From the NCBI GenBank assembly GCA_000743035.1, contig CP008936.1, forward strand, positions 1,320,001 to 1,352,000: a DNA stretch of 32,000 bases, in the 5' to 3' direction. Shown in pieces: positions 15,951 through 26,551 of this stretch; the stretch's first letter is position 1; each line of letters begins with the position of its first letter. The translations under genes were made by a program, and so were the position numbers. The notes under the pieces were generated by a model. It ran no database searches. It saw only the letters and a list, made by a program, of their open reading frames with translations, and was not told the DNA's origin. Source of the stretch: Candidatus Paracaedimonas acanthamoebae (GTDB lineage Bacteria > Pseudomonadota > Alphaproteobacteria > Caedimonadales > Caedimonadaceae).

Positions 15951-16012
15951 AAATATAAGAAGTAACTATTTAAAATCAATTGATTAAGAAAAAATTTTAT
16001 CAGATTTCTTAC

Positions 16013-18637
16013 TCAGGCTACATTGCTGTCTTTTATCAAAGCCCGTAATTCATATAAAATTTCCAAACTTTGCCGTGGCGTCATTTCATCCAGCGATAAA
16101 GCCTTTAATTTCTCTTCAAGAGGCGATTGATAAGGAGGGAGCGCCACTGAAGGCACTGTAAATAAAGGGAGCTCAGAAATTTTTACTTTCCCTTGTTTTG
16201 CTTTCTTATTCTCAAGGTCATTTAAAAGGATTTCAGCCCGTTTTAACACAGAAGAAGGCATCCCGGCGAGTTTCGCTACATGAAGCCCATAAGAACGATC
16301 TGCGGCACCTTCAATAATCTCGTGTAAGAAGATAACATCGCCTTGCCACTCTTTCACACGCATCGTGTAGCATTTTAAATTCTTGAGCTTCTCTTCAAGC
16401 TCAGTAAGCTCATGATAATGTGTTGCGAAAAGAGCCCGGCTTTGATTCACATCATGAAGATGCTCTAATGTTGACCAAGCAATTGAAAGCCCATCATAGG
16501 TGGAAGTTCCACGCCCCACTTCATCCAGAATTACAAGGGAACGCTTTGTTGCTTGATTTAAAATAGCGGCGGTCTCGACCATTTCAACCATGAAAGTTGA
16601 ATGTCCTCGCGCCAGATCATCGGATGCTCCTACGCGTGAGAAAAGCCGATCAACGATGCCAATATGCGCCTTCGTCGCTGGCACAAAAGAACCTATCTGC
16701 GCCAGGAGAACAATAAGGGCATTTTGTCTTAAAAACGTACTTTTCCCTGCCATATTTGGCCCTGTTAAGAGCCATATGCTTGCTTGCTCAGCCATCACAC
16801 AGTTATTTGTCACAAATTTGCTGGCATTTGCTTGTTTAAGGGAAGCCTCCACAACAGGGTGGCGCCCCTCAATAATTTCAAAAGCGATTGAATCATCAAT
16901 CTCAGGGCAACAATAACTTTCAGTCACAGCAAGTTGTGCCAAGGAAACTGAGACATCTAAATTTGCAATCGCTTGGCCTGCTTCCTGAATTTCGTGAGCC
17001 CTACCCAGCACTTCTATCACGAGATCATCGAATAATTTTAGCTCAAGCGCCAACACCTGTTCAGAGGCTGAATTTAGTTTTTGCTCAAACTCTGTCAGCT
17101 CGACAGTGGTAAAGCGCATCGCATTTGCCATTGTTTGTCGGTGAATGAAGGTGGGGCCAATTTTTGCGGCTTGCGCTGCTGTAACTTCGATATGATATCC
17201 CACAATATTATTATGCTTAACTTTTAACGAAGGAATACCAAGCTCTTGCGCGTATTTTGTCTGCAAATTAACAATTAATTTTCGACCTTCTTCTTTTAAA
17301 AGTCGCGCTTCGTCAAGCCCTTCATGATATCCTTTTTGAATAAATCCACCATCTCTTGCAAAGTAAGGGAGATCATCCGCTAAAGCCCTTGTCAACCGAT
17401 CAATCAGAATAGAATGTTCGCCCAGAGAATACTGAATTTTTACAACACCTTGTGGCAGCTCTTTCAAGAGTTTTAGTTGCGCTTGAAGCATGGAGGCAAT
17501 TTTTATCCCTTCGCGCAAGGCAGCTAAATCTCTTGGCCCTCCACGCCCAAGACTAAGGCGTGATAAAGAACGTTCAAAATCCGGGGTTGCTTTTAATATT
17601 TCCCTTATATCCGCCCTCAATGTCGTATTTTCTTTGAGGAATTTAACCATTTCAAGACGCGTTTTAAGGCGCATTATATTCGTCAGAGGATGGGAGAGAT
17701 GTAAAGCTAAGAGCCTTCCCCCCTGCGCCGTCAATGTTTTATCAATCACGCTAAGAAGGCTTCCTTTATACTCCCCTTGCTGGGTCGTGGTCAGTTCAAG
17801 ATTGCGCCTTGTTGCTGCATCGATTTCCATAAACTCTGTTGCTTTAAGACGCCGCAATGGACAAAGTTTTGGCATCCCTCCTTTTTGGGTCAGAGAAACA
17901 TATTCCAATAAAGCCCCAGCTGCTGTTATCTCATGAGGCAGAAATGTCCCATACCCCTCGAGCGTTTTGATCCCATAGATCTCATGAAGTCGTTTTTGTG
18001 CATTACGATGATCAAAACGGCTTTCTGCTTGAGGATAAAGAATACTTTTCCACATCCCAAAAATTTCAAAAAGCTCTTCTTTTTTACATAATTTTTCTGA
18101 AATAATCAGTTCTGAAGGAGAAATCCTCGCAAGCACTTCAGGTAACTTCTCACGCGCGCAACTCTCAACAAAAAAGGCACCTGTTGAAATATCCATAAAG
18201 CTTAAAGCAAATTTATGATCTTTTTGTGCTTGATCCTCGATGAGAACACAAAGAAAATTATGGCGGCGTGCTTCTAGTAAAGTATCTTCTGTCAGCGTGC
18301 CAGGCGTTACAAGACGTATGACATCGCGCGCAACAACGGCTTTCGGGCCTCTTTTTTTAGCCTCTTCGGGGTTTTCCACTTGCTCACAAATAGCGACGCG
18401 AAATCCCTGCCGAACAAGCCTTGCAAGATACCCTTCAACAGCATGAGCCGGCACCCCACACATAGGGATATCCTCTCCTTCATTCTTACCCCGCTTTGTC
18501 AGAGCAATATCTAAAGCTTGAGCGGCTTTAATGGCATCCTCAAAAAAAAGCTCATAAAAATCTCCCATCCGATAAAACAAAAGATTATCTGGGTGATCGG
18601 CTTTAATTCGATGGTATTGCGCCATCATGGGCGTCAT
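16013..18637 (-). CDS. mutS: DNA mismatch repair protein MutS
   Basis: 874 aa with N-terminus [35 protein letters not shown], Walker [12 protein letters not shown] and ...TFMVEM...[17 protein letters not shown]. Confidence 0.97.
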   Translation of the reverse strand: MTPMMAQYHRIKADHPDNLLFYRMGDFYELFFEDAIKAAQALDIALTKRGKNEGEDIPMCGVPAHAVEGYLARLVRQGFRVAICEQVENPEEAKKRGPKAVVARDVIRLVTPGTLTEDTLLEARRHNFLCVLIEDQAQKDHKFALSFMDISTGAFFVESCAREKLPEVLARISPSELIISEKLCKKEELFEIFGMWKSILYPQAESRFDHRNAQKRLHEIYGIKTLEGYGTFLPHEITAAGALLEYVSLTQKGGMPKLCPLRRLKATEFMEIDAATRRNLELTTTQQGEYKGSLLSVIDKTLTAQGGRLLALHLSHPLTNIMRLKTRLEMVKFLKENTTLRADIREILKATPDFERSLSRLSLGRGGPRDLAALREGIKIASMLQAQLKLLKELPQGVVKIQYSLGEHSILIDRLTRALADDLPYFARDGGFIQKGYHEGLDEARLLKEEGRKLIVNLQTKYAQELGIPSLKVKHNNIVGYHIEVTAAQAAKIGPTFIHRQTMANAMRFTTVELTEFEQKLNSASEQVLALELKLFDDLVIEVLGRAHEIQEAGQAIANLDVSVSLAQLAVTESYCCPEIDDSIAFEIIEGRHPVVEASLKQANASKFVTNNCVMAEQASIWLLTGPNMAGKSTFLRQNALIVLLAQIGSFVPATKAHIGIVDRLFSRVGASDDLARGHSTFMVEMVETAAILNQATKRSLVILDEVGRGTSTYDGLSIAWSTLEHLHDVNQSRALFATHYHELTELEEKLKNLKCYTMRVKEWQGDVIFLHEIIEGAADRSYGLHVAKLAGMPSSVLKRAEILLNDLENKKAKQGKVKISELPLFTVPSVALPPYQSPLEEKLKALSLDEMTPRQSLEILYELRALIKDSNVA

Positions 18638-18763
18638 TGCTTTATCCTTTAATAATTAACTTCATCCTTATTTAGCGCATTAAATATAGCTTTGCAAACT
18701 CATGACCATGAGATGAATGAAATAAGAGTATTTAAATTTTTTAAAATCGTCTATTCTTTTGGA

Positions 18764-19984
18764 ATGATGAATCAACCTTTAGATGTCAGTACTCTTATTG
18801 TTGGAGCCGGCCCGGTTGGGGCAACGCTTGCATTGGCGCTTGCTCAAGCCGGAGTTAAAAGTGCAATTGTTGACACCTGTGATCCCGCTCAAGTTCTTAA
18901 AAAAGAGTTTGATGGGCGTACAATTGCCATTTCTCATGGCTCTCACCTCATTTTTAAAGCACTAGGGCTATGGGAAGAACTTTCATCCTTTGTTGAGCCC
19001 ATTAAAAAAATTCATATCTCTCAAGCAAACTATCTAGGATACGTCCATTATGATGAAAAAGATTCAGATGGTTTTGCAATGGGTTATATCATTGAGAATC
19101 GCCATCTGCGCCGAATCCTTTTTAAGGCAATTTTTAATAATCCTCTTATTAATTGCCGCATTTCCAATCATGTCAAAAGTTTAGATCGGCAACCATTTTT
19201 CATTGAGGCTACTCTTGAACAACAAGAAAAGCTAAAAGTGCCTTTGGTTGTTGCTGCAGATGGTAGAAATTCTATTACGCGACAACAAGCTGGGCTTAAA
19301 GCCCATGCTTGGTCTTATCAACAAATTGCCCTTGTTGGCGTGCTGAAGACTGAGTTTCCCCATGAAAATATTGCTTTTGAACATTTCCTTCCTTCAGGCC
19401 CACTCGCATTGCTCCCGATGCAAAACGATCTCTGCTCGTTTGTATGGAGTATTGATAAACAATTTGGCGAGCATCTTTTAACTCTTTCAGAGCAAGAATT
19501 TTCCGACCAACTGCGAGCATCTTTTGGAGATTATCTTGGGAAATTTGAATTAGCAAGCCAACGATGGTCTTATCCTTTAGGAGGCATATTAGTCCCCCAG
19601 TTAATTGCTGAAAGGCTTGCCCTTATAGGAGATGCGGCTCATGTGATTCATCCTGTCGCAGGCCAAGGTTTAAATCTCGGCTTTCGAGATGCTGTGACGC
19701 TGGCAGAGGTGCTTGTTGATGCCGCCCGCGTTGGCATTGACATAGGAAGCGCTCAAGTCTTGGAGAGATACCAAAGATGGCGCCGATTCGATGTTCTCAC
19801 ATTAACCAGCGTTACTGATCTTTTAGTTCGGTCCTTCTCAAACGATTCTAAACTCATCGGAAATCTGCGGATGATCGGATTACGCCTCACTCATCGGCTC
19901 CCCGTCTTAAAACGGGTCATGACGCAACATGCGATGGGCCTTTTAGGTGAAAAGCCACGGCTTTTGCAAGGATTGCCGCTCTAA
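18764..19984 (+). CDS. UbiH/UbiF/VisC/COQ6-family FAD-dependent ubiquinone-biosynthesis monooxygenase
   Basis: Contains the Rossmann motif [20 protein letters not shown], plus ADGRNS and [22 protein letters not shown] prefer the ATG at 18764 (MMNQPLD...) because the track start at 18692 adds an unlikely leader. Confidence 0.85.
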   Translation: MMNQPLDVSTLIVGAGPVGATLALALAQAGVKSAIVDTCDPAQVLKKEFDGRTIAISHGSHLIFKALGLWEELSSFVEPIKKIHISQANYLGYVHYDEKDSDGFAMGYIIENRHLRRILFKAIFNNPLINCRISNHVKSLDRQPFFIEATLEQQEKLKVPLVVAADGRNSITRQQAGLKAHAWSYQQIALVGVLKTEFPHENIAFEHFLPSGPLALLPMQNDLCSFVWSIDKQFGEHLLTLSEQEFSDQLRASFGDYLGKFELASQRWSYPLGGILVPQLIAERLALIGDAAHVIHPVAGQGLNLGFRDAVTLAEVLVDAARVGIDIGSAQVLERYQRWRRFDVLTLTSVTDLLVRSFSNDSKLIGNLRMIGLRLTHRLPVLKRVMTQHAMGLLGEKPRLLQGLPL

Positions 19985-20475
19985 TCTTGAGGATTGATTT
20001 CTTGAGACATCATAATTTGTACAATAGCATTTCTTGCTAAAACATCCGCACGTTCATTCTCAGGGTGCCCTGAATGTCCTTTAATCCAATGCCATTCAAT
20101 TTCATATTGTGATGCCAATGCATCAAGCGTTTGCCAAAGATCCATATTTTTAACATCATCACGCCCAGCCGTTTTCCAACCGTTGCTTTTCCACTTAGAA
20201 AGCCAAAGCTTCATTCCATTTTGAAGATATTGGCTATCTGTGTAAAGTTTAACAAAAACTGGTTTTTTAAGGGCTTCAAGGCCTTTAATGGCTGCAATCA
20301 ACTCCATACGATTATTTGTTGTATTGGTTTCACCGCCCGCAAATTCTTTTTCTTCCCCAGATTCCGCACGCAAAATAACACCCCATCCCCCTGGACCAGG
20401 GTTCCCACTACAAGCGCCATCTGTAAAAATTTCAACGGTGTTCTTCTGCGCGGATGTTTGTTCCATATTTACCAT
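19981..20475 (-). CDS. rnhA: ribonuclease HI
   Basis: Contains [46 protein letters not shown] and [12 protein letters not shown]. It has a 4-nt convergent overlap with the preceding gene. Confidence 0.92.
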   Translation of the reverse strand: MVNMEQTSAQKNTVEIFTDGACSGNPGPGGWGVILRAESGEEKEFAGGETNTTNNRMELIAAIKGLEALKKPVFVKLYTDSQYLQNGMKLWLSKWKSNGWKTAGRDDVKNMDLWQTLDALASQYEIEWHWIKGHSGHPENERADVLARNAIVQIMMSQEINPQD

Positions 20476-20672
20476 CTTGTGTTAAAAGTTATGCTTCAGT
20501 AAGCTATGCTTGGTTCCTAAAATGGAGTATAAATTATGATAATTCCCCATATGGCGCAAGCTAGTCCTATAAAGTTGAGGTTAAAAAAAGAAAAGCCTCC
20601 TTTTGGTGTACTGGTGGTTTAAGTACAAATCAACCCCTTTATAATAACCCTTATCATCAATTTTGAGTATAA

Positions 20673-21200
20673 ATGATCATGCAATATTTTTGGCTAATTT
20701 TATTAATAACTCTGTTTCCGTTAGGAGGCTGTCAAGATTCTCATCAGATCGAATATCGCTCTTGCTTTGCTCCCACAACAAATATTATCCATGAGCTCTC
20801 GCGTCAGAGTTTTTTCGATCCCACTCTCATGCATGAAGTTGCTCGCCTTGAAATTGAATCCCTTAATGAGATTGCTGAAAAAGATACAAATGAAGCCCTA
20901 CTCAGCTTTCAGATAGTTTTCAGCGCCTTAAGAAGCACGACAGAACCAAAAAAAGTTAATGGAAACTATTTTATTGCCATCACTGATCGAGAAGGAACTC
21001 CCTTACTTAAGCAAACTTTTCCTCTAGAAATCATCTTTGAAGGCAAGAAAAAATATCAGCGAAAAGTAAAAGAAGTAACGATGCCAGTTCCTCTTGCAAT
21101 CATTAACCAGTGTGAAAAGTATCAAATCTTTATTGGATTTGATTTAAAAGGCCATGACCTTGAATATAACTTACGCCGGTTAGAGCGGAAGCCTTCTTAA
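20673..21200 (+). CDS. hypothetical lipoprotein
   Basis: 175 aa with a signal peptide and lipobox-like LFPLGGC. No recognised family. Confidence 0.55.
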   Translation: MIMQYFWLILLITLFPLGGCQDSHQIEYRSCFAPTTNIIHELSRQSFFDPTLMHEVARLEIESLNEIAEKDTNEALLSFQIVFSALRSTTEPKKVNGNYFIAITDREGTPLLKQTFPLEIIFEGKKKYQRKVKEVTMPVPLAIINQCEKYQIFIGFDLKGHDLEYNLRRLERKPS

Positions 21201-22228
21201 GCTGCAGCCGTTTCTTTATGAGGCACGCCTTGAGTCGTTGAATGCTCAAAATGCCATACTTCTCCAGGATGCACTAAAGATCTTGCGGTATGTGCAGCTT
21301 GCGCAGCCTCGGCGAAGCCAGTTAAAATAAGCTTTAATTTATGAGGATAAGTTGCAATATCACCAATCGCAAGAATACCTGATTGATTGGTTGCACATGT
21401 TCCTGGCTCTACTTGGATATGATGCTTCTCAAGGTTTAGCCCCCAATCATTAATAGGACCTAAATTCATTGAAAGCCCGAAAAATGGCAGTAAATAGTCT
21501 GTTTCAAGCCTCCGGCTTTCACCTTCAAGCGTTTTCACAATGACCGTTTCAAGCTGACCATTATGCCCCTCAAGTCCATCAAGCTGATAGGGGACAACAA
21601 GCTCTATCTTTCCTTGAGCCACAAAACGATGCAACTGCTCTTCAGATTCAGGCGCTGCTCGGAATTTTGGGCGCCTATGCACAACCATGACTTTTTTCGC
21701 AATTTCTGACAGTGAGAGAGCCCAATCTACTGCGGAATCTCCACCCCCCGCGATCACAACGCGCTGGTTGGTAAATTGTTCACGTTTCTGAATATAGTAA
21801 AGAACACTTTTGCCTTCATAAGCATCAATCCCTGCCAAAGGAGGACGATTAGGGCCAAAAGCGCCACACCCTGCAGCAATAATAACGACCTTTGTATTAA
21901 TTTGTGTGCCGGCGGAGGTTTTCACCAACCAACGATTATCTTCAAGAGATTGTAGGACTTCTACCTGTTGATTAAGATGGTAAACAGGGTTAAAAGGAAG
22001 AGCTTGCTTCTCTAAGTTCTTGATAAGTTCACTTGCCTCAACACGTGGGAAACCTGGAATATCATAAATTGGCTTTTCTGGATAAAGGGCAGCACATTGC
22101 CCCCCCACTATTTCAAGAGCATCCACTACATGGCATTTAAGACGCATCATTCCGCATTCAAAGATAGCAAATAAACCAACGGGGCCAGCCCCAATAACAA
22201 CAACATCTGTTTTTATAGCGGTATTCAT
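21197..22228 (-). CDS. ferredoxin--NADP(+) reductase, thioredoxin-reductase-like type
   Basis: DVVVIGAGPVGLFAIFECGMMRLKCHVVDALEIVGGQCAALYPEKPIYDIPGFP matches the YumC/TrxR-like FNR N-terminus. A second nucleotide site is VVIAGGGDSAVDWA. Confidence 0.85.
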   Translation of the reverse strand: MNTAIKTDVVVIGAGPVGLFAIFECGMMRLKCHVVDALEIVGGQCAALYPEKPIYDIPGFPRVEASELIKNLEKQALPFNPVYHLNQQVEVLQSLEDNRWLVKTSAGTQINTKVVIIAAGCGAFGPNRPPLAGIDAYEGKSVLYYIQKREQFTNQRVVIAGGGDSAVDWALSLSEIAKKVMVVHRRPKFRAAPESEEQLHRFVAQGKIELVVPYQLDGLEGHNGQLETVIVKTLEGESRRLETDYLLPFFGLSMNLGPINDWGLNLEKHHIQVEPGTCATNQSGILAIGDIATYPHKLKLILTGFAEAAQAAHTARSLVHPGEVWHFEHSTTQGVPHKETAAA

Positions 22229-22245
22229 TAGTCTAAGTTCTTTAT

Positions 22246-23463
22246 TTAACGTTTTGCTTTTTGAGAAGATTCAATAAATGGAAGAAGGATTAACGCGACC
22301 CCAGCAGCACATGCACTCAACCAAAATGCAAGAGAAGGACTTTTATGGGTAAAAATCCATCCTGTAATGGTGTTTGAAAGGAAAATGGCCACCCCTATGA
22401 TCAAGTAATAAATTCCAAATCCTGTCCCTCGAATCTCAGTAAAGGTTGTATCCGCAACTTTTGTTAAAAGCAAGCTTTGAGTCATCCCCATCTGCACTCC
22501 CCATAAGCTCGCTCCAAGCAAGACAAAACTTGGCCCATGGGCCATTGCAAAGGAAGCATTTGAAATAATGGTAATGACAAAACCAACCCCAATTAAAATA
22601 CGTCGATCAAAGCGATCTGAAAGACGTCCCATAGGATAAGCTGATGCAAATGCAAAAAGATTTTGCAAAACCATGAGAATAGGCACCTGACTCGGAGAAA
22701 GACCTTGATGGGTCCCTTGTAAAATCATATAGGCACCACTGTAGTTTGAGAGCATAAAAATCCCTGCAACAAGGACAACGCGCCAATATTGCTTATTGAG
22801 ATGGCGAGCATGTTTTAGATGAGCCCAAAAAGAAATTTTTGCATGGTGACGCCCAGCAATAGGAGAATCTTTCACAAAAAATATGAGCGCCAACACAGCT
22901 AAAATAGGAGGAACCGCAGCGGCCCAAAAGATAACCTCATAGTTTTCATTCGTGTGATGCATCAAAAACATCACAACACCAGCTCCGGCAAAAGAACCAA
23001 CCATAGACAATGTTTGGCGCAAGCCAAAACAAGCACCTTTTAAATTTTTAGGGGCCAAATCCCCGACTAGAGCCTCTCGCGGCGTTGCCTGCAATCCATT
23101 ACTAATTCGATCAATCAAGCGAGCACCCGCGATCCATCCAAGCGAAGGCGCAATTGCAAAAATGGGACGAGACAATGCAGAAAGAGTATAAGCAAAAACC
23201 AGAATAGGCTTGCGTCGGTAAAGATAATCACTCAAAACCCCCGCAAAAATTCTTGTAAACCAGGAGGTTGCTTCCACAAAACCCTCTAAAATTCCAAGGT
23301 CAAAAGTTGAAACTCCCAAAACTGTTGTCAGATAAATGGGAGAAAGACTAAAAATAATCACTGAGGATAAATTAACCAATAAAGTGACGAGTCCTATCCC
23401 CCAAATACTTTTAGGAAGAGAAAAAACAGAGTATTTTTCAATAGATTGTTCCATTAAAACCAC
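22246..23463 (-). CDS. MFS transporter
   Basis: 405 aa with about 12 hydrophobic segments. An MFS-like loop motif (GVLSDYLYRRKP / GRLSDRFDRR) occurs in both halves. Confidence 0.8.
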   Translation of the reverse strand: MVLMEQSIEKYSVFSLPKSIWGIGLVTLLVNLSSVIIFSLSPIYLTTVLGVSTFDLGILEGFVEATSWFTRIFAGVLSDYLYRRKPILVFAYTLSALSRPIFAIAPSLGWIAGARLIDRISNGLQATPREALVGDLAPKNLKGACFGLRQTLSMVGSFAGAGVVMFLMHHTNENYEVIFWAAAVPPILAVLALIFFVKDSPIAGRHHAKISFWAHLKHARHLNKQYWRVVLVAGIFMLSNYSGAYMILQGTHQGLSPSQVPILMVLQNLFAFASAYPMGRLSDRFDRRILIGVGFVITIISNASFAMAHGPSFVLLGASLWGVQMGMTQSLLLTKVADTTFTEIRGTGFGIYYLIIGVAIFLSNTITGWIFTHKSPSLAFWLSACAAGVALILLPFIESSQKAKR

Positions 23464-23647
23464 GTATTAAGTAAAATAATTATGAAGTGCGATGATCATT
23501 CTTAAAAGTCGAGAAGTCAAGCTAAAGTCTATTTCTTGTTCATATTATCAAAGTGCTTGCCATTCTGCTAGAAAAAAATATCCTCGAAAGAAGGTTTTTG
23601 CTACGCTACCTTATATTAAGTTGAAATTTAACAAGAGGAATAGCTCT

Positions 23648-24847
23648 ATGTCTCTACCCAGTCTCAACCAAGTTACCTTAAAAAATAAACGAGTTATTCT
23701 GCGTGCAGATCTCAATGTACCAATTAAAGACGGGAAAATTTTAGACGACTCCAGAATCACAAGCCTTCTCCCAACAATTGACTATCTTTGCCAAAAAGGT
23801 GCCAGCATTGTTTTAATTTCTCATTTTGGCCGCCCGAAAGGAAAAATAACGTCTGAGATGTCACTTAAACAGATTTTACCTGCTTTAGAAAAATGTTGGA
23901 AAAAACCCATTGTTTTTGCCGAAGATTGTATTGGGTCTCAAGCTCAACAAGTGGCTCAAAATCTCAAGAGTGGCGAGATTGCCTTGCTAGAAAATCTTCG
24001 CTTTCATCCTGAAGAAGAAGAAAATGATCCACATTTTGCCCAAGCTCTTGCGAAACTAGGCGACATTTATGTAAATGATGGATTTGCTGTATCACACCGC
24101 GCTCACGCATCCGTGCATGCCATGACCCAGTACTTGCCCTCCTTTCCAGGCCTTCTTATGACAAAAGAAATCAATGCTCTCTCTCAAGCATTACAGGCTC
24201 CTCAACGACCACTCGCAGCCATTATTGCGGGTTCTAAAATATCAACAAAGTTGGACCTTCTAAAAAATCTTTTAAATAAAGTTGATGTACTTATGTTGAG
24301 TGGAGGAATTGCAAATACATTTTTAAAAGCACGCAATATTGAAATTGGAGCATCTCTTTATGAACCCTCAATGCTTGAAACGACGCAAAAGATTGAAAAA
24401 TTAGCGCGCGAAAAACAAGTTGAAATTGTCCTTCCTATTGATGCGACAGGCCCTCTTAATGCTGAGAATTTTACAACAATCAACCTGGCTCACGTTCCAA
24501 AAGAATTTAAAATACTTGATATTGGTCCTGAAACTGTTTCTCTTTTCAGTACTAAGCTCAATCAAGTCCGTACCCTAGTCTGGAATGGCCCTCTTGGTGT
24601 ATTTGAAATACCCCCTTTTGATCAAGGAACGACAGCCATTGCCCAAAAAGTGGCTGCATTAAGTCATCATCAACAACTCTTCAGTATTGCTGGGGGAGGT
24701 GAAACACTAGCAGCCCTCGCGAACGCTAAATCCAGTAATGACTTTAGCTATTTATCAACGGCTGGAGGCGCTTTTCTTGAATGGCTTGAAGGAAAAAATC
24801 TTCCTGGGATTATGGCTTTGATGAAAAGCTATCCAGATGCTGGTTAA
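23648..24847 (+). CDS. pgk: phosphoglycerate kinase
   Basis: Contains MSLPSLNQVTLKNKRVILRADLNVP..., SHFGRPKG and ...STAGGAFLEWLEGKNLPG. I chose the ATG at 23648, preceded by AGAGGAA. The track ORF starting at 23492 adds 52 non-homologous residues. Confidence 0.95.
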   Translation: MSLPSLNQVTLKNKRVILRADLNVPIKDGKILDDSRITSLLPTIDYLCQKGASIVLISHFGRPKGKITSEMSLKQILPALEKCWKKPIVFAEDCIGSQAQQVAQNLKSGEIALLENLRFHPEEEENDPHFAQALAKLGDIYVNDGFAVSHRAHASVHAMTQYLPSFPGLLMTKEINALSQALQAPQRPLAAIIAGSKISTKLDLLKNLLNKVDVLMLSGGIANTFLKARNIEIGASLYEPSMLETTQKIEKLAREKQVEIVLPIDATGPLNAENFTTINLAHVPKEFKILDIGPETVSLFSTKLNQVRTLVWNGPLGVFEIPPFDQGTTAIAQKVAALSHHQQLFSIAGGGETLAALANAKSSNDFSYLSTAGGAFLEWLEGKNLPGIMALMKSYPDAG

Positions 24848-25783
24848 TAACACAATCGCTATTGCTTGATGTGACGCTGCTAAAAATAAAGGCACCTGCA
24901 GTAAAAGTGTAGAAATTCCTAAGGCTGTCTGAAGTATCGCAAGAGCAAAGGCAACAATATAAAAACCTTGCCTTTGTAAAGCAAGCAAGCCTAAGAATAC
25001 GAGAGTTATCATAGCTAAAAGGCGATGAATAAATTGGATACTCACTGGGTTATGGATAAGATCCTTCCACCAAGGGGATTCGAAAAATAACTCTTCAGGA
25101 ATCCAAGATTTTCCCATCAATGGGAAAGTATTATAAATGAGGCCTGCCTTATGCCCGGCAACAAGCCCACCGAATAAAATGGTTAATGAAATAAGACTTA
25201 CAGCAGTCATCATACTATAATTCCAGGGTCCTACATGATCATACCACAATCGTAATCCTAAATTTAGAGTCCAACTATATGTGACAATAGCTAACATCAA
25301 ATGCATAGAAAGACGATAAGGGCTTACATAAGGATCATGAACGAGGCCGCTTTTAACCATATACCACCCCACCACCCCTTGAATGGCTCCTAAGCCCCAC
25401 AAAGCTAAAAGAGATCCTAAATAAGGGCGCAAAGCTTTCTTTTTTAGAGTAAGGAAAATCAGGAAGAGAAAATAAAGGCCAATAAAGCGTCCCCATAACC
25501 TATGAATGTATTCAAGCCAGAAAATTTGCTTAAATTCTATTAAGGACATGCCAAAATTAACTTTTTGATATTCGGGTGAAGCTTGATACTGAGAAAAAAG
25601 CGTTAACCAATCCTGCTGAGTAAGCGGAGGAAATATACCTTGAAATGGTTTCCATTCAACAATTGAAAGGCCTGATCCCGTTAAGCGCGTCACGCCTCCT
25701 AAGAGAATCATAATGAAAATAAGGCCGCTTCCAGTAAACAATAAAAGCGCAAAAGAACGATGCATTTCAAGCGGTTTCATCAC
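24755..25783 (-). CDS. ctaA: heme A synthase (COX15/CtaA)
   Basis: GGVTRLTGSGLSIVEWKPFQGIFPPLTQQDWLTLFSQYQASPEYQKVNFGMSLIEFKQIFWLEYIHR is the COX15 signature. The 3' end overlaps pgk by 93 nt (convergent). Confidence 0.85.
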   Translation of the reverse strand: MMKPLEMHRSFALLLFTGSGLIFIMILLGGVTRLTGSGLSIVEWKPFQGIFPPLTQQDWLTLFSQYQASPEYQKVNFGMSLIEFKQIFWLEYIHRLWGRFIGLYFLFLIFLTLKKKALRPYLGSLLALWGLGAIQGVVGWYMVKSGLVHDPYVSPYRLSMHLMLAIVTYSWTLNLGLRLWYDHVGPWNYSMMTAVSLISLTILFGGLVAGHKAGLIYNTFPLMGKSWIPEELFFESPWWKDLIHNPVSIQFIHRLLAMITLVFLGLLALQRQGFYIVAFALAILQTALGISTLLLQVPLFLAASHQAIAIVLLTSIWIAFHQSHNPRKIFSFKPFKKSASSR

Positions 25784-25848
25784 CTTAAGATACCATGGAG
25801 AAAAAAGTTCTCCTTTAGATTAACACACTGATAGCACAATACCGGAAA

Positions 25849-26346
25849 CTAAGCTGCTTGCAAAATCTCTTCAACTCGAGCAATAGCTTGATTTTCATCA
25901 ATTGCTTCAATAGCTGCGATTTCAGATGCTAAGCGTTGAAGAGCTGCTTGATAAATTTGGCGTTCACTATAAGATTGATCTGGTTGCTCTCCACTACGAT
26001 AGAGCTCGCGAATAACCTCTGCTATTGAGGTTAGCTCACCTGAAGAAATTTTCATTTCATATTCTTGAGCTCGACGCGACCAAATTGCTTTCTTAGATTT
26101 TATTTTTTTCTTCAACGTTCCCAATGCTTTTTCAACCTCATTTTCCGTACTTAAAGCACGCAAACCAGCATCTTGTGCTTTTTTCATCGGCAAACGTAGA
26201 GTCATCCTATTTTTTGAAAAAGAGATCACAAAAACCTGAAGCTCATGACCTGCAACTTCTTGTGTTTCAATTGACATTACTTTTCCAACACCATGTGCTG
26301 GATATACGACAAGATCACCACTTGAAAAAGCACGGCTTTGAATCAT
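25849..26346 (-). CDS. CarD-family (CdnL-like) transcriptional regulator
   Basis: 165 aa. FSSGDLVVYPAHGVGKVMSIETQEVAGHELQVFVISF is the CarD_TRCF RNAP-interacting domain pattern. Confidence 0.85.
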   Translation of the reverse strand: MIQSRAFSSGDLVVYPAHGVGKVMSIETQEVAGHELQVFVISFSKNRMTLRLPMKKAQDAGLRALSTENEVEKALGTLKKKIKSKKAIWSRRAQEYEMKISSGELTSIAEVIRELYRSGEQPDQSYSERQIYQAALQRLASEIAAIEAIDENQAIARVEEILQAA

Positions 26347-26466
26347 TTTAAATCCTTAAGATTGATTAGGTAATGCGCCCATAATATATCCAAAAAACCC
26401 CACTTTGTCAAACAAAGAATGAGGAAGAGAACCTATCCAATAAAAGTATCGAATCTTATTAAGTAC

Positions 26467-26495
26467 CCACCTCTAAAAAGAGGGGGATTTTCTTT
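26467..26495 (+). terminator. Terminator-like hairpin CCaCCTCT-aaaa-AGAGGgGG followed by ATTTTCTTT
   Basis: A stem of 7 pairs with one mismatch plus a T-tract is seen on the plus strand. No plus-strand gene lies upstream of it. It sits between the CarD start and the stop of the metal-binding protein gene. Confidence 0.3.
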
Positions 26496-26551
26496 AAATA
26501 ATACAAAGAGAAACATAAGAAATATTAACTCTTTTACAGTATTTTTTTAAT

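Noticed and set aside
7194-16012. tRNA, tmRNA or integrase-associated att site that could explain the repeats
   Set aside because: I saw no cloverleaf-compatible sequence or GGTTCGAATCC-type T-arm in any intergenic region. No integrase or transposase ORF is present in the window.
20536-20619. 27-aa ORF (MIIPHMAQASPIKLRLKKEKPPFGVLVV) in the rnhA / lipoprotein intergenic region
   Set aside because: It is too short and has no supporting feature beyond a weak GGAG upstream.
23492-23647. 52-codon N-terminal extension of pgk in the track ORF
   Set aside because: The extension has no similarity to Pgk. A canonical Pgk N-terminus begins at ATG 23648, which has its own SD.
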